Sequence record: LC680885.1
Length of the DNA stretch: 64,000 nucleotides
From: Staphylococcus phage S6
Direction: 5' to 3' (one strand)
Numbering within the stretch: position 1 is the first letter of the stretch; each line of letters starts with the position of its first letter. A program made the translations under genes and the position numbers. Below the pieces are notes generated by a model. The model was not told the origin of the DNA, ran no database searches, and saw nothing but the letters and a program-made list of their open reading frames with translations. Shown piece by piece: positions 9,423-20,159 of this stretch.

Positions 9423-10086
9423 TAATAGAGATCTTTTATCTGAATCAATTAAAAAATTATTAAATGGTAATAATATTCTTAATGAAGCTGAAGATGATGA
9501 AACTAATAATGATTCTTCAGATACTAATACAGATGATACAAGTTCGGAAGATACTACTAATGATAATGAAGAATCTTCAGAAGAAAATTCAGAAACAGAA
9601 GAAGATAATCAAGATGATAGTAATGAAGATGATTCTAGTACAGATGACTCTGAAAGTGATTCAGAATTAGATGATGGTTCAGAAGAGAATTCAGATGAAG
9701 ACAATCCTTTAGACGATCAATCTGAAGAAGAAAATAATGAACCTAAAGAAACTAATTCTGATAAATATTTAAAATTACAAATATTTAATAAATTAAATGA
9801 TTTAATAGATGTTTCATTAAAATTTAAAGATATTGTAAATGAAAAGAATATGGAATCTTTTGATAAAAATGAAAAAGAAAAAATGAGTGAAATTACAGTA
9901 CAGACTTCAAATAATTTAGACAGTTTAATTGATAGTATTAATTTATTTAACAATAAATTTATAAATAATATTGATGCTGATAAATGTGAGAAACTTTATA
10001 AGAAGTTTGAAAATACTTATAATGAAATCTTCAATATTTATTTAAAAGAATACAATAAATTGAATAAAGACAAAAAAAGCAAATAG
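9400..10086 (+). CDS. extremely acidic S/D/E-rich protein (228 aa), scaffold-like (DNA-mimic not excluded)
   Basis: About 100 aa made almost entirely of D/E/S/T/N residues, then a coiled-coil tail. It lies immediately upstream of the putative MCP, as T4 gp22 does. Confidence 0.5.
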   Translation: MGQRMTINNRDLLSESIKKLLNGNNILNEAEDDETNNDSSDTNTDDTSSEDTTNDNEESSEENSETEEDNQDDSNEDDSSTDDSESDSELDDGSEENSDEDNPLDDQSEEENNEPKETNSDKYLKLQIFNKLNDLIDVSLKFKDIVNEKNMESFDKNEKEKMSEITVQTSNNLDSLIDSINLFNNKFINNIDADKCEKLYKKFENTYNEIFNIYLKEYNKLNKDKKSK

Positions 10087-10215
10087 TTTTATATTTCAAA
10101 TTTTATTCCGTTTTATTAATATTTATAAAATTAATAACATTAACATATGAAAAGAAATATTTCATTACAAATAATGATTATTTTTTATAAACAAATTTAT
10201 ATAATAAAATTAATA

Positions 10216-10224
10216 AATATAAAC
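10216..10224 (+). promoter_or_regulatory. candidate late-promoter-like TATAAAC box upstream of MCP
   Basis: AATATAAAC about 40 nt upstream of the MCP start. Similar TATA(T)AAA(C/T) boxes precede the sheath and tube genes. Confidence 0.25.
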
Positions 10225-10264
10225 TACACGCTAATATATTTAAGAAAAGGAGCAGAAAAAATTT

Positions 10265-11869
10265 ATGTTAAACCCAAACAGAATTAAAGATGAATTTTCG
10301 GTTCGTTTAGAAGATATCGAAAACTCTATTAATGAATCATATAACCTTAGTACTATCGGCGGAGATTTCGCTGCTATTGCTACTGACGATGCAGTATTTG
10401 AAAGCTATAAAGATCAATTATTAGAAGGTTTTGACGCTGCTGAAGGAGAAGCTTTAGCTGGAATGTTAGATAATACTCGTGAAGAAATCTTAATGGAATC
10501 TTCAATGGGACCTATCCAACCTTACGCTTCACTTTCTATGCCTATTTTAGTTAAACTTTGGGCTCGTTTAGCTTTAACTGAAGCTTTACCAACTCAAGTT
10601 GCTAACAAACCAAACTTTACAGTTCCAATCTTAACTCCATATGTTGTGGATGCAGATGGTAACAAACATGCTTTACCAGAATCAATTAACAATACACCTG
10701 AAACTTTAGTTGGATTAGTTCAAATTAAAGAAGATATCGCAGTTGAAGGTGGAAAAGTTACTGATTACGATTTATTTACTGGATTAAAAGAAGGTAAAGA
10801 AGTTCGTAAAGGTATTGACCGTTTAGATCGTAAATTCAAAATCGTTGAAGCTAAATGGAGTGATTCATTCGATGAACGTACTTCAGCTGCAGGATTCGTT
10901 GAATTAGGTTCTAATGTAGTTAAATTACAAGACAATGATACATTAGTAGGACAAATTAAATACCCTACAAATGGTGATGGTGAAGTTGAAACTGATACTA
11001 TCTTAGGTAAAGTAGATGTTTCTTCAGGTGAACTTACTTTGACTTCTGCTTCAGGTAAATTAACTGATGTTAAAGTTAAAGGTTATGTAGCTTCTGAACA
11101 ACATACTTCAGCTACAAACGTTGAACTTGGTTTAACTCGTAAAGACGTTGTTATTGATACAGCTCAACACATCGAAGCTACAGTACCTCTTGAAGTAATT
11201 CAAGATATGAAAGCTACTTACGATATCGATGGAGTTGCTCGTTTATCTGAAACTATGTCTCAATTATCTAGTCAAAAAGTTGACTTAGACATTATTGAAT
11301 TCTTAGATCACGAATATAAAGAAACTGATGCTAAATATCACTTCAGCTTCGATGTATTCCCACATAGTGATTACAGTGCTCACCCTAAAGATTGGTTAGA
11401 AGGTCTACGTGAAGTAATTGACCACACTACTCAATCAATGAAAAACGATTACAAACTATATGACGTTCAATTCGTTATCGTTGGTAACCCATTAGATGTT
11501 CGTTTAATCCCTAACGTTTCTTGGACTTTCAATGGTGGAGACCGTAACGCTGATGCTTATTCTAACGGAATCAAAATTAACTATTCATTAGGTGCTGCTT
11601 CAGGTACTGCTAACTACCGTATTATCGGTTCTGACTTAGTTCGTCAAGGTGAATTGACTATTATTGCAATTCCTCAACAAGACAACTATAAAACATTCAT
11701 GTTCTACCCTTACACATTCAACGTTGTAAATGGTGGAGGTTACCTAAATACTCGTAACCCTAATGTTCCTAACATGATGATGACTCGTAGATATACAGTT
11801 GAATCATTTGTTCCGATCATTGGACGTATTACAATCAAAAACAACAACGGTTCAGTATACGCTCGATAA
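10265..11869 (+). CDS. putative major capsid protein (534 aa)
   Basis: Marked shift to GC-richer, translationally preferred codons (cgt, gct, ggt, tac) relative to its neighbours. It follows the scaffold-like ORFs and ends at a very strong terminator. Its size is typical of T4-type MCPs. I cannot verify homology. Confidence 0.55.
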   Translation: MLNPNRIKDEFSVRLEDIENSINESYNLSTIGGDFAAIATDDAVFESYKDQLLEGFDAAEGEALAGMLDNTREEILMESSMGPIQPYASLSMPILVKLWARLALTEALPTQVANKPNFTVPILTPYVVDADGNKHALPESINNTPETLVGLVQIKEDIAVEGGKVTDYDLFTGLKEGKEVRKGIDRLDRKFKIVEAKWSDSFDERTSAAGFVELGSNVVKLQDNDTLVGQIKYPTNGDGEVETDTILGKVDVSSGELTLTSASGKLTDVKVKGYVASEQHTSATNVELGLTRKDVVIDTAQHIEATVPLEVIQDMKATYDIDGVARLSETMSQLSSQKVDLDIIEFLDHEYKETDAKYHFSFDVFPHSDYSAHPKDWLEGLREVIDHTTQSMKNDYKLYDVQFVIVGNPLDVRLIPNVSWTFNGGDRNADAYSNGIKINYSLGAASGTANYRIIGSDLVRQGELTIIAIPQQDNYKTFMFYPYTFNVVNGGGYLNTRNPNVPNMMMTRRYTVESFVPIIGRITIKNNNGSVYAR

Positions 11870-11899
11870 GAGTAGTACTTTATCATTGTTATTTATATT

Positions 11900-11940
11900 A
11901 CCCATACATCTCTCTGAGGTGTATGGGTTTATTTTATATC
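11900..11940 (+). terminator. strong intrinsic terminator after MCP
   Basis: ACCCATACATCTC...GAGGTGTATGGGT stem followed by TTTATTTTAT. Confidence 0.65.
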
Positions 11941-11962
11941 AAAAAGGAGAATATAATTCATT

Positions 11963-13117
11963 ATGAATTTACAAGAAGAACAACAATTAAATAAAATTAA
12001 TAAAATAATGAATATCAATGAAGATGCTTTTAATTTTAGTAAAAATACTTCATTATTGAGAGAAATAGATGAAGAATTTAAAACATTATTAGATAGTTAT
12101 AATTATGATAAATCTGATTTTGATTTAATTGATAAACATGAAATAAATAAAATATCTACTAATATTTCTAAAATCACTAAGAAGCTATTTAATACTAATA
12201 TGAAATTAAAATTTGTTGAAGCTGATCCTAAAGGAAAAGATAAATTTAGAGTTGAATCAATTGCAAGTACAATTATAAAACCAGAACAAATTAGAAATAC
12301 ATTAGATGGAATTTCTAAAATAGTTATAGAAGAAAAGAATGGAATATATTATTCTAAACCTAGAGAAATTGAAGTTTTTATGGAGTTATCATCTTTAAGA
12401 TACTTTTTAGAAATGAAAAAGAATTCTAAGAAGGTAGTTTTTTCTAATTTTAATGAAAGAGTTTGTACTTCAGTACTACTACATGAAATAGGTCATAATC
12501 TATTTTTACCTATTGAAATTAAAGTAATAACTCAAGGCAAAGAACCTGCTTTTGAGCTTAAATATAAAGACAATAAACCGGTACAATTTCAATATACTAA
12601 AGATATAGAAGCGGACACTGATAGAAATTTAAAATTAGCTGGTCCTATGATAATTTCTATGACACTAATGGTTGCTATTTTAACTTCATTAACAGGTGTA
12701 GCTGCTATAACTGGAATTACTTCTATTTTTTCTTTCTTTAAATTAGGATCAATGGATAATAAAAGAGTAGAAAAAATGAATTATAATCTATCTGAAAGAT
12801 CTGCTAATCAATTACCTGCTTTATATGGATATGCAAAAGAGAATATAATGCTTTACGATATGGTTTATGCTGCAACTAATAGTAAAATGGAAAAAACTAA
12901 AAATAATATTTTCAGTAAAATATTTAGAGGATTAATGTATCCTGGTAGATTATTTATTAGAAATTATAAAGACTATTCATCAGATTCCATTGATAATACT
13001 ATTAAGACTCTTAAATTTGAAATAAGTAACCCTAATAATAGTAAAGAAGTTAAAGAAAGTTTAAAACAACAACTTTCTGATATTCAAACTTTGATGAAGA
13101 AATCAGATAGAATGTAG
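11963..13117 (+). CDS. membrane-anchored HExxH zinc-metallopeptidase-like protein (384 aa)
   Basis: VLLHEIGHNLF contains an HEIGH motif. There is one long hydrophobic stretch, GPMIISMTLMVAILTSLTGVAAITGITSIFSFF. AGGAG RBS. Confidence 0.5.
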   Translation: MNLQEEQQLNKINKIMNINEDAFNFSKNTSLLREIDEEFKTLLDSYNYDKSDFDLIDKHEINKISTNISKITKKLFNTNMKLKFVEADPKGKDKFRVESIASTIIKPEQIRNTLDGISKIVIEEKNGIYYSKPREIEVFMELSSLRYFLEMKKNSKKVVFSNFNERVCTSVLLHEIGHNLFLPIEIKVITQGKEPAFELKYKDNKPVQFQYTKDIEADTDRNLKLAGPMIISMTLMVAILTSLTGVAAITGITSIFSFFKLGSMDNKRVEKMNYNLSERSANQLPALYGYAKENIMLYDMVYAATNSKMEKTKNNIFSKIFRGLMYPGRLFIRNYKDYSSDSIDNTIKTLKFEISNPNNSKEVKESLKQQLSDIQTLMKKSDRM

Positions 13118-13142
13118 ATAAGAAAAGTGAGTTGAAATAAAT

Positions 13143-15176
13143 ATGACTACTAAACCAAAATTAAAGAAAAAAGTGTATTATGATTATAAAACTAATAATG
13201 TTAGTTTTTTAAGAGTAGCTAGAGATCTTAAGAAGAACAACGTTAGAAATTATGGTATTCCATTAACTTTATATGATAAAAATCTTGTGGGAGTAGATCC
13301 TTGGGATCCTGAACTTTCTGATGAAATGAAAACTCGTGTGTTAAGAGAAGCTAAAATTAATATATGGTTTTATCTAAGGGAAGTTATAAGAGTTCCTGTT
13401 CCTGGTGGTAAGGTTATGTATGAACTTCATAGAGGTAATATGGCTATGACTTTTTGTATGCTACATAACCTCGATACAGCTATAATGCTTCCACGTCAGC
13501 ACTATAAAACATATTCAGCTGTATGTTATTATTCATGGATAATGTTATTAGTAGGTAGTAACTATACAATGCTATTTACACATAAATCATATTCAGATAC
13601 AACGGAAAACTTAAAACGTCTTAAAAACTTATTTAAAGAGAAGTGTTTACCTGAATATGTATTAGCTAACTTTGGTGATAAAAATGATAGAGATAAGATT
13701 AATGAGTTTCAATTAGCTAGTAATAATAATACCATTAAAACAGTTTCACCACCAACCAATGCTGAATCTGCAAACAAGGCAGGAAGAGGTAGTACCGTTC
13801 CAATGGTTTGGCTAGATGAGTGGGCTTTCATTCCACATAATCAAACAATGTTTGAAGCAATGAGACCGGCAGTCTCTACAGCATCAGCTATAGCTAAAAA
13901 GAACGGTACACCTTATGGTCTTCTTATCACCACAACACCGAGTACTTTAGATGTACCTCAAGGACAGTTTTTCTTTGAACAAATGAATGATGCGGCTCAA
14001 TGGACAGAAAAAATATATGATTATTACATTAATTCTGAAGAAGAAGGTAACGAAAAATTAGAAGAATATATGGAAAGTAATTCAGGTAATTCATTCATCT
14101 ATATAGAATATTCATATAAAGAATTAGGTAAAGATGACACTTGGTTAGAAAAGCAAAAACGTCAAATTGGTTCTTTAGAAGCAGTTAAACGTGAAATACT
14201 CCTTGAATGGGCATTTAGTAACGATGATTCATTATTTGATGAAGAACAAATGTCAGAATTATCATTATATGCAAATAAAGAGATATATAATACTATTGAT
14301 TTTAAAATAAATGGTAAAACTTATTATGTTCATATGGTTAAAAAGATGGAAAATATGCATGAAAAGAACTGGCTTGTTGGTATTGACATATCTGGCGGTC
14401 TTGGTCGAGATAATACTGCATTTACTGTAGTTGATCCGGGTACATTAGAACCAGTAATGGTCTTCCAAAATAATATAATTAATGGTCCTACTTTCAGAAA
14501 ATTAATTAAAGAACTTATTACACTTTATATACCTAATGCAGTATTAATACCTGAACGTAACTATGCTGGTACAGTAATGATAGAAGATATGATTCAAACT
14601 GATAATATTGGAGATAATATTTTTTATTCATTAAAGAATAGAACAGCAGAAAAACAAGTTGAAGTTAATAAACAAGTATTTAATGAAATGCCTAGACATA
14701 GTACTAATAAAGTTACTAAACAAGTAAGAAGATATGGTATCGATACAACTAAAAAATCTCGTGACTTAATGCTTAATGAAATTTTATCAATGATAGTTGA
14801 AGAAAAGCCTTATCTGGTTAATAATAAACCATTATTCCAACAAATAAAATCTCTTCAAATGAAAAAAGGTAGAATTGATCATCCTGATGGCGGTCATGAT
14901 GACTTACTTATGAGTTATTTATTCTGCTTATACGCATACTATTATGAAAAAGATATTAAGAAATTTGTTAAAGTTAAATACGGTTCAATAGTATCTCCAA
15001 CTGGAGAAAATGCGGAAGAGATTGAAAAAGAAAGACAAGCTAGAAGAAAAGATATTGCATCCATAAAACGTATTGGTGGAATTATTGATGGTAATTCTCC
15101 TAGCAATCCTCTATTACAGAATAATAATTCCGCTCCAAATCAAAAATCAAAAAGAATAATGAATTTATTGGATTGA
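13143..15176 (+). CDS. terL: terminase large subunit
   Basis: ATPase Walker-B-like VWLDEWAF and a C-terminal nuclease region VGIDISGG...D. Size is 677 aa. It sits in the head module. Confidence 0.85.
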   Translation: MTTKPKLKKKVYYDYKTNNVSFLRVARDLKKNNVRNYGIPLTLYDKNLVGVDPWDPELSDEMKTRVLREAKINIWFYLREVIRVPVPGGKVMYELHRGNMAMTFCMLHNLDTAIMLPRQHYKTYSAVCYYSWIMLLVGSNYTMLFTHKSYSDTTENLKRLKNLFKEKCLPEYVLANFGDKNDRDKINEFQLASNNNTIKTVSPPTNAESANKAGRGSTVPMVWLDEWAFIPHNQTMFEAMRPAVSTASAIAKKNGTPYGLLITTTPSTLDVPQGQFFFEQMNDAAQWTEKIYDYYINSEEEGNEKLEEYMESNSGNSFIYIEYSYKELGKDDTWLEKQKRQIGSLEAVKREILLEWAFSNDDSLFDEEQMSELSLYANKEIYNTIDFKINGKTYYVHMVKKMENMHEKNWLVGIDISGGLGRDNTAFTVVDPGTLEPVMVFQNNIINGPTFRKLIKELITLYIPNAVLIPERNYAGTVMIEDMIQTDNIGDNIFYSLKNRTAEKQVEVNKQVFNEMPRHSTNKVTKQVRRYGIDTTKKSRDLMLNEILSMIVEEKPYLVNNKPLFQQIKSLQMKKGRIDHPDGGHDDLLMSYLFCLYAYYYEKDIKKFVKVKYGSIVSPTGENAEEIEKERQARRKDIASIKRIGGIIDGNSPSNPLLQNNNSAPNQKSKRIMNLLD

Positions 15177-15184
15177 TTACAATA

Positions 15185-15225
15185 AAGGTAATGGCATAAT
15201 AATTTGTCATTACCTTTTTATTATC
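15185..15225 (+). terminator. intrinsic terminator
   Basis: AAAGGTAATG...CATTACCTTT stem followed by TTTATTATC. Confidence 0.55.
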
Positions 15226-15354
15226 ACAAATTTTTATTATTCCATCTTAACTAATTTGTATAATAGAATTTCAAGAATAATTTTAAATTAGAATTTTTTC
15301 TAAATTTAATAGAATAATATAATATATAATAATAAAACGGATGGTGAAAATAAA

Positions 15355-16146
15355 TTGGCAAAAACATATTTAATTGACGATAAAGATGATTTAGAAATGG
15401 TAAAAGAAGAATATGATGAAGTCATTATGAATATATCTGAAGACATTATGATTGATAATATTAAAGAACAAATTGAAGATTCAAATTCAAGACAGTTCTA
15501 TATTAATCAATATCATAAAGATTTCTTTGAATACTTTGAAATTAGATTTAAATTTATTTTAGAAAGATATAAAGAAGATAATGATATCTTAATTAAAACT
15601 AAACAAGTTTATCATGATATTCTTAATGAAATTCAAGAATCTATTGAAAATACTTATCAGTTTTCTTTAGAATTTCCAGAAGATATTTTAATTGAAGATA
15701 AAGCTCAATACATTAAATCATTGTATAATTTCTTTGTATTAAATAAAAAAGAAACTTTAAATAATTTATTTATTAACTATATTGAGAAGAATATAATGCA
15801 ATTAGCTAAAACTTATAAAGATAGTATGGATGAAGATGTTATTAACTCTCTTTCATATAATAACTTAAAGAAAACTATTGATAATGATTATACACCTTTA
15901 GTATATTCTATTCCTGAAATTATTGATGGTATTCATATTTCTGATAATGAAGATGTAATAGAGACTATTATCTATGATGAAGAATCTGAATTAAATAACT
16001 ATCAAATTGATAAAATGTTAGTAGAACAATCTGTAACAGATGTTAGATTTGATAATCATTTAATTAATGTATTTAGAGATTCTTTTATAGAGAATAATGT
16101 ATTACATCGAGAAGTTCAATACTATTTTATAGATAAGTATAAATAA
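15355..16146 (+). CDS. hypothetical acidic protein (263 aa)
   Basis: ORF with an AACGGATGG RBS-like sequence. It is D/E-rich. Confidence 0.5.
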   Translation: MAKTYLIDDKDDLEMVKEEYDEVIMNISEDIMIDNIKEQIEDSNSRQFYINQYHKDFFEYFEIRFKFILERYKEDNDILIKTKQVYHDILNEIQESIENTYQFSLEFPEDILIEDKAQYIKSLYNFFVLNKKETLNNLFINYIEKNIMQLAKTYKDSMDEDVINSLSYNNLKKTIDNDYTPLVYSIPEIIDGIHISDNEDVIETIIYDEESELNNYQIDKMLVEQSVTDVRFDNHLINVFRDSFIENNVLHREVQYYFIDKYK

Positions 16147-16170
16147 TAACATATAAGGAGAAAAGCTAAA

Positions 16171-16917
16171 ATGACTGAAGATAAGAGCAAAGAATTAGAT
16201 TTAGAAAAATTAGAACAAGATATAGAACAAGCTAATGATGAATTCGAAAAAGAAAATGAAAAGATTGAGAAAGAGTTAGAAGAAACAAAAGAGGGAATTA
16301 ATAAAGAAATAGCTTCTTATTATGGTAAAGATAGTATTAGTCTTAATGACACTATTTCAGTAGATGCTAAGGTTAATAGATACCAAGAAAAATTAGACTT
16401 TATTAATGGAGATTTAAGTTTTGATAGTGAAGATGATATTCCTGAAAGACTTAAACCTTTTAAAAATATGGAAATAAAAGATACTAAACAAATTGAAAAT
16501 ATTATTCAACAAATTAAAGACAGTAAAGAAGCTAAACATCTTGTAGAAAATATTACTATTAGTAAATTACCAGTTAATGATAATAAACTTAAAAAAGTAA
16601 ATGAAAAATTAAATATGAAAATTTACAGATATAATAAGTTACATGGTAATGAAAATAATGAATATAATTACATTGATTTAGAAGATATTCATAATACTCT
16701 AAAAAATGCTTTAGACAACGATAGTTTCAAAGAATCAAATACATTATACAAATTTATGTGTGCATTAGGTTCATACATGTCGCAAAATTATGAAAAATAT
16801 CCTTACTATATAAAATCTCTTTCTGAAAACGTTGACTACATTGGAAAATTCGGTAATAAATTGGATCAGAACGAAGACTTTATCAAAGTAATAAATAGTA
16901 TTCTTAAGAAATACTAA
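16171..16917 (+). CDS. hypothetical acidic coiled-coil protein (248 aa)
   Basis: AAGGAGAAAAG RBS. The N-terminus is E/K-rich and coiled-coil-like. Confidence 0.5.
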   Translation: MTEDKSKELDLEKLEQDIEQANDEFEKENEKIEKELEETKEGINKEIASYYGKDSISLNDTISVDAKVNRYQEKLDFINGDLSFDSEDDIPERLKPFKNMEIKDTKQIENIIQQIKDSKEAKHLVENITISKLPVNDNKLKKVNEKLNMKIYRYNKLHGNENNEYNYIDLEDIHNTLKNALDNDSFKESNTLYKFMCALGSYMSQNYEKYPYYIKSLSENVDYIGKFGNKLDQNEDFIKVINSILKKY

Positions 16918-16959
16918 AATATATTATTAAAAATTATAAGAAAGAGGTTTGATTAAAAG

Positions 16960-17199
16960 ATGGAACAAATTAAATTTTATACTAAGAATAACTGTGCTAA
17001 ATGTGGTTTCAGTAAAATGTTTTTAAATAATAAAGGCGTTGCTTATACTGAAATCAATATTGATGAAGATGAAAGTGCTAAAGAAGAACTTTTATCTAAA
17101 GGATACCAATCATTACCTGTAATTGATTTTGGAACAGATGTAATCGTTGGTAATGATCCTGCTAAATTAAATCAAATTTTATCTACAGTTACCGCTTAA
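16960..17199 (+). CDS. nrdH: NrdH-like glutaredoxin-like redoxin
   Basis: 79 aa with a CAKC active-site motif and a SLPVI segment. It lies within the nrd cluster. Confidence 0.65.
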   Translation: MEQIKFYTKNNCAKCGFSKMFLNNKGVAYTEINIDEDESAKEELLSKGYQSLPVIDFGTDVIVGNDPAKLNQILSTVTA

Positions 17200-17223
17200 T
17201 TAAATATAAAGGAGTCTATAATT

Positions 17224-17424
17224 ATGCAAACTATTTTTAATAGTCCAGAAGAAGTAGATTTTAAAAAATTAGCTGAATTAGCTAGAAATAATGATAATGT
17301 ATTAAATACAAAAGCTGTTCATGAAGGAGAGTACAATTACAATTTCAGTATTGAAGGTTGGAATTACTCATTCAGTTCAGATGGAACTTATTGGAAATGG
17401 AATTATCAACAAGTTAATCAATAA
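17224..17424 (+). CDS. small hypothetical protein (66 aa)
   Basis: AAGGAG RBS. A hairpin terminator follows. Confidence 0.4.
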   Translation: MQTIFNSPEEVDFKKLAELARNNDNVLNTKAVHEGEYNYNFSIEGWNYSFSSDGTYWKWNYQQVNQ

Positions 17425-17442
17425 TAATGATTAATAAAAAAC

Positions 17443-17482
17443 GATCTATCACAGAGATAATCTGTGATGGATCTATTTTTAA
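17443..17482 (+). terminator. intrinsic terminator (imperfect stem)
   Basis: ATCTATCACAGA...TCTGTGATGGAT stem followed by CTATTTTTAA. Confidence 0.45.
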
Positions 17483-17511
17483 CGAAAAATTTTATATTTG
17501 GAGAGATTTAA

Positions 17512-17916
17512 ATGAAATTACTTTATTTCTCATTAACAGGAAATAGTAAAAAATTTGCTGAGAAATTAGATAGCTCTATAGTAGGAGAACCTATTGAACT
17601 TAATAGAGATAATTGTGATGATATTAAAATGGATGAAGAGTATGTATTAGTATGTGGATCTTACAATACTCCTCACGCTATTTACAATCATGTAGAAAAA
17701 TTCTTTAATAATGGTAATAATTTAGAATTATGTAAAGGTATAATTGGCTCAGGAAATAGAAACCTAAATTATCAATTCTTAACTACACCTAAAAGATTAT
17801 GTAGTGATTTTAATTTAGAATTGATTGCAGGAGTAGAATTGTTTGGAATTAAAAATGAACATTTAGAAGTAAATAAAAAATTAGAAGAGTTATCTAACTC
17901 TAGTATTATAAATTAA
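17512..17916 (+). CDS. nrdI: NrdI flavodoxin-like RNR accessory protein
   Basis: N-terminal LLYFSLTGNSKKFAEKL and a GSGNRN motif. 134 aa. It is immediately upstream of nrdE. Confidence 0.8.
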   Translation: MKLLYFSLTGNSKKFAEKLDSSIVGEPIELNRDNCDDIKMDEEYVLVCGSYNTPHAIYNHVEKFFNNGNNLELCKGIIGSGNRNLNYQFLTTPKRLCSDFNLELIAGVELFGIKNEHLEVNKKLEELSNSSIIN

Positions 17917-17942
17917 TATATTGTAAGGAGACTTTTAATAAA

Positions 17943-20144
17943 ATGCCAAAAGAAATAGACTTAACTTCAGAAAAATTTAAAGATTATTCATATAACGAAT
18001 TAAACTCAAGAGGTTCACAATTAAAAGATGGTAATTTAGATTTAGAATTTGAATTAGCATCTGTTAAAAAATATTTCTTAGATTCAGTTAATAAGAATGT
18101 AAGATACTTTAAAACATATAAAGAAAAAATTAATTATTTAGTTGATAATGATTATATTGATGGAGACATGATCAGTAATTATGATTTTGAATTTATTAAA
18201 GGATTAATGAAAGAATTAATGGCTTATAAACATAGATTCACTCGTCTATTAGGAGCTAAGAAATTCTATGAACAGTATGCAATGAAAGATGATGCAGGAG
18301 AAATTTTATTAGAACTATATGAAGATAGAATTTTATTTGTAGCTTTATATTTAGCTGATGGTGATGAAGAATTAGCTAGAAATATTGCTAATGAAATTAT
18401 TACAGGTACTTTCCAACCTGCTACACCAACATTCCTTAATGCAGGTAGAGTACGTTCTGGGGAATTAGTAAGTTGTTTCTTATTAACTATGGAAGATTCT
18501 TTATCATCTATTTATAGAAATATTTCTAACGTGGCACAATTAAGTAAACGTGGTGGAGGAATTGGAGTATCTTTAAGTAATTTACGTGCTGACAATGATC
18601 CAATTAAAGGTGTTGAAGGAGCAGCTTCAGGAGTAGTTCCAGTTATGAAAGTATTTGAAGACACATTATCGTATGTAAATCAATTAGGGCAACGTAATGG
18701 TGCGGGTGCACTTTACTTAAATATTTTCCATAAAGATGTAGTAAAATTCTTAGATACTAAGAAAGAAAATGCTGATGAGAAAGTAAGATTAAAAACTATT
18801 TCATTAGGTTTAACAGTTCCAGATAAATATTATCAATTAGTTAAAGAAAATAAATCATTATATACATTTAGTCCATATGATATTAAAAAATATTACGATT
18901 TAGATTTCGATAGTATTGACTTTAATACTTACTATGATATCTTTGTAGATGATAAACGTATTAGCAAAGAGAAAATGTATGCTCGTGATTTAGAAACTAC
19001 TATTAGTAAATTACAACAAGAGTCTGGTTATCCTTATATCATTAATATTGACACTGCTAATAGAGCTAATCCAATTAGTCATGGTACAATTAAAATGAGT
19101 AACTTATGTAGTGAAATTTTACAAGTACAATACCCTTCATTAGTTGACGATAATCAACAATATGTTAAAACAGGAACAGACGTTTCATGTAACTTAGCTT
19201 CAACTATTGTACCTGGTTTAATGAAATCAGAAGACTTTGGTAAATCAGTTGGAACTATGTTAAGAAGTTTAAATTCAGTAGCAGAAAAATCTAATATTGA
19301 AGCTGTACCTACAGTTAAGAAAGCTAATGATCTATTCCATACAGTTGGTTTAGGTGCAATGGGATTACACACTTATTTAGCCGAAAATCATATTCAATAT
19401 GGATCAGAAGAATCTAAAGACTTTACTAATATTTATTTCATGTTATTAAACTATTGGACATTAGTTGAATCAAATAAAATTGCTAAAGAAAAAGATGAAT
19501 CATTCTACTTATTTGATAAAACTGAATATGCTGATGGTTCTTACTTTGATAAACGTTATATTGGTAAAAATATTCAACCACGTACTGAAAAAGTTAAAGA
19601 ACTATTTGAAGATATCTTTATTCCATCTGATAGTGATTGGGAACAATTAAGAAATAATATCGTTATGGATGGTTTATACAATCAAAATAGATTAGCTGTA
19701 GCACCTAATGGTTCTATTGGTTATGTTAGAGAAGTATCACCTTCAATTCACCCTATTGTTGAATTAATTGAAGAACGTGTAGAAGGTAAAACAGGTACTA
19801 CTTTCTATCCAGCACCAGGTATTACACCAGATAACTTTGATTACTTTAAGAAAAATGCTTATCAATTAGATATGAGAGATATGATTGATTTATATTCAGA
19901 AGCTCAATATCATGTAGATCAAGGTATTTCTATGAATATTTATTTAATGAATGAACTTGATCCAGATCTTTATGAATGGAAAAAAGATTCTTTAGATAAA
20001 GAAACTACTACTCGTGATATTAGTAGATTACGTAACTATGCTTACAGTAAAGGTATTAAATCTATGTATTATACTCGTATTTATTCACCAGACCATGATG
20101 AAAATTCTCAAGGTATTGTTGAATGTGAATCTTGCTCTATTTAA
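17943..20144 (+). CDS. nrdE: class Ib ribonucleotide reductase alpha subunit
   Basis: No ATP cone. FQPATPTFLNAGR..GELVSCFLL, SKRGGGIG, NLCSEI, and C-terminal YY and CESC motifs. It aligns block-by-block with enterobacterial NrdE. Confidence 0.95.
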   Translation: MPKEIDLTSEKFKDYSYNELNSRGSQLKDGNLDLEFELASVKKYFLDSVNKNVRYFKTYKEKINYLVDNDYIDGDMISNYDFEFIKGLMKELMAYKHRFTRLLGAKKFYEQYAMKDDAGEILLELYEDRILFVALYLADGDEELARNIANEIITGTFQPATPTFLNAGRVRSGELVSCFLLTMEDSLSSIYRNISNVAQLSKRGGGIGVSLSNLRADNDPIKGVEGAASGVVPVMKVFEDTLSYVNQLGQRNGAGALYLNIFHKDVVKFLDTKKENADEKVRLKTISLGLTVPDKYYQLVKENKSLYTFSPYDIKKYYDLDFDSIDFNTYYDIFVDDKRISKEKMYARDLETTISKLQQESGYPYIINIDTANRANPISHGTIKMSNLCSEILQVQYPSLVDDNQQYVKTGTDVSCNLASTIVPGLMKSEDFGKSVGTMLRSLNSVAEKSNIEAVPTVKKANDLFHTVGLGAMGLHTYLAENHIQYGSEESKDFTNIYFMLLNYWTLVESNKIAKEKDESFYLFDKTEYADGSYFDKRYIGKNIQPRTEKVKELFEDIFIPSDSDWEQLRNNIVMDGLYNQNRLAVAPNGSIGYVREVSPSIHPIVELIEERVEGKTGTTFYPAPGITPDNFDYFKKNAYQLDMRDMIDLYSEAQYHVDQGISMNIYLMNELDPDLYEWKKDSLDKETTTRDISRLRNYAYSKGIKSMYYTRIYSPDHDENSQGIVECESCSI

Positions 20145-20159
20145 TTGGAGGTATTTAAT

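Noticed and set aside
9464-9953. Overlapping ORFs 9464-9670 (+) and 9717-9953 (-) within the acidic-protein gene
   Set aside because: They are alternative-frame or antisense readings of a repetitive GA[AT]-rich region. The acidic protein in frame 9400-10086 is the coherent gene.
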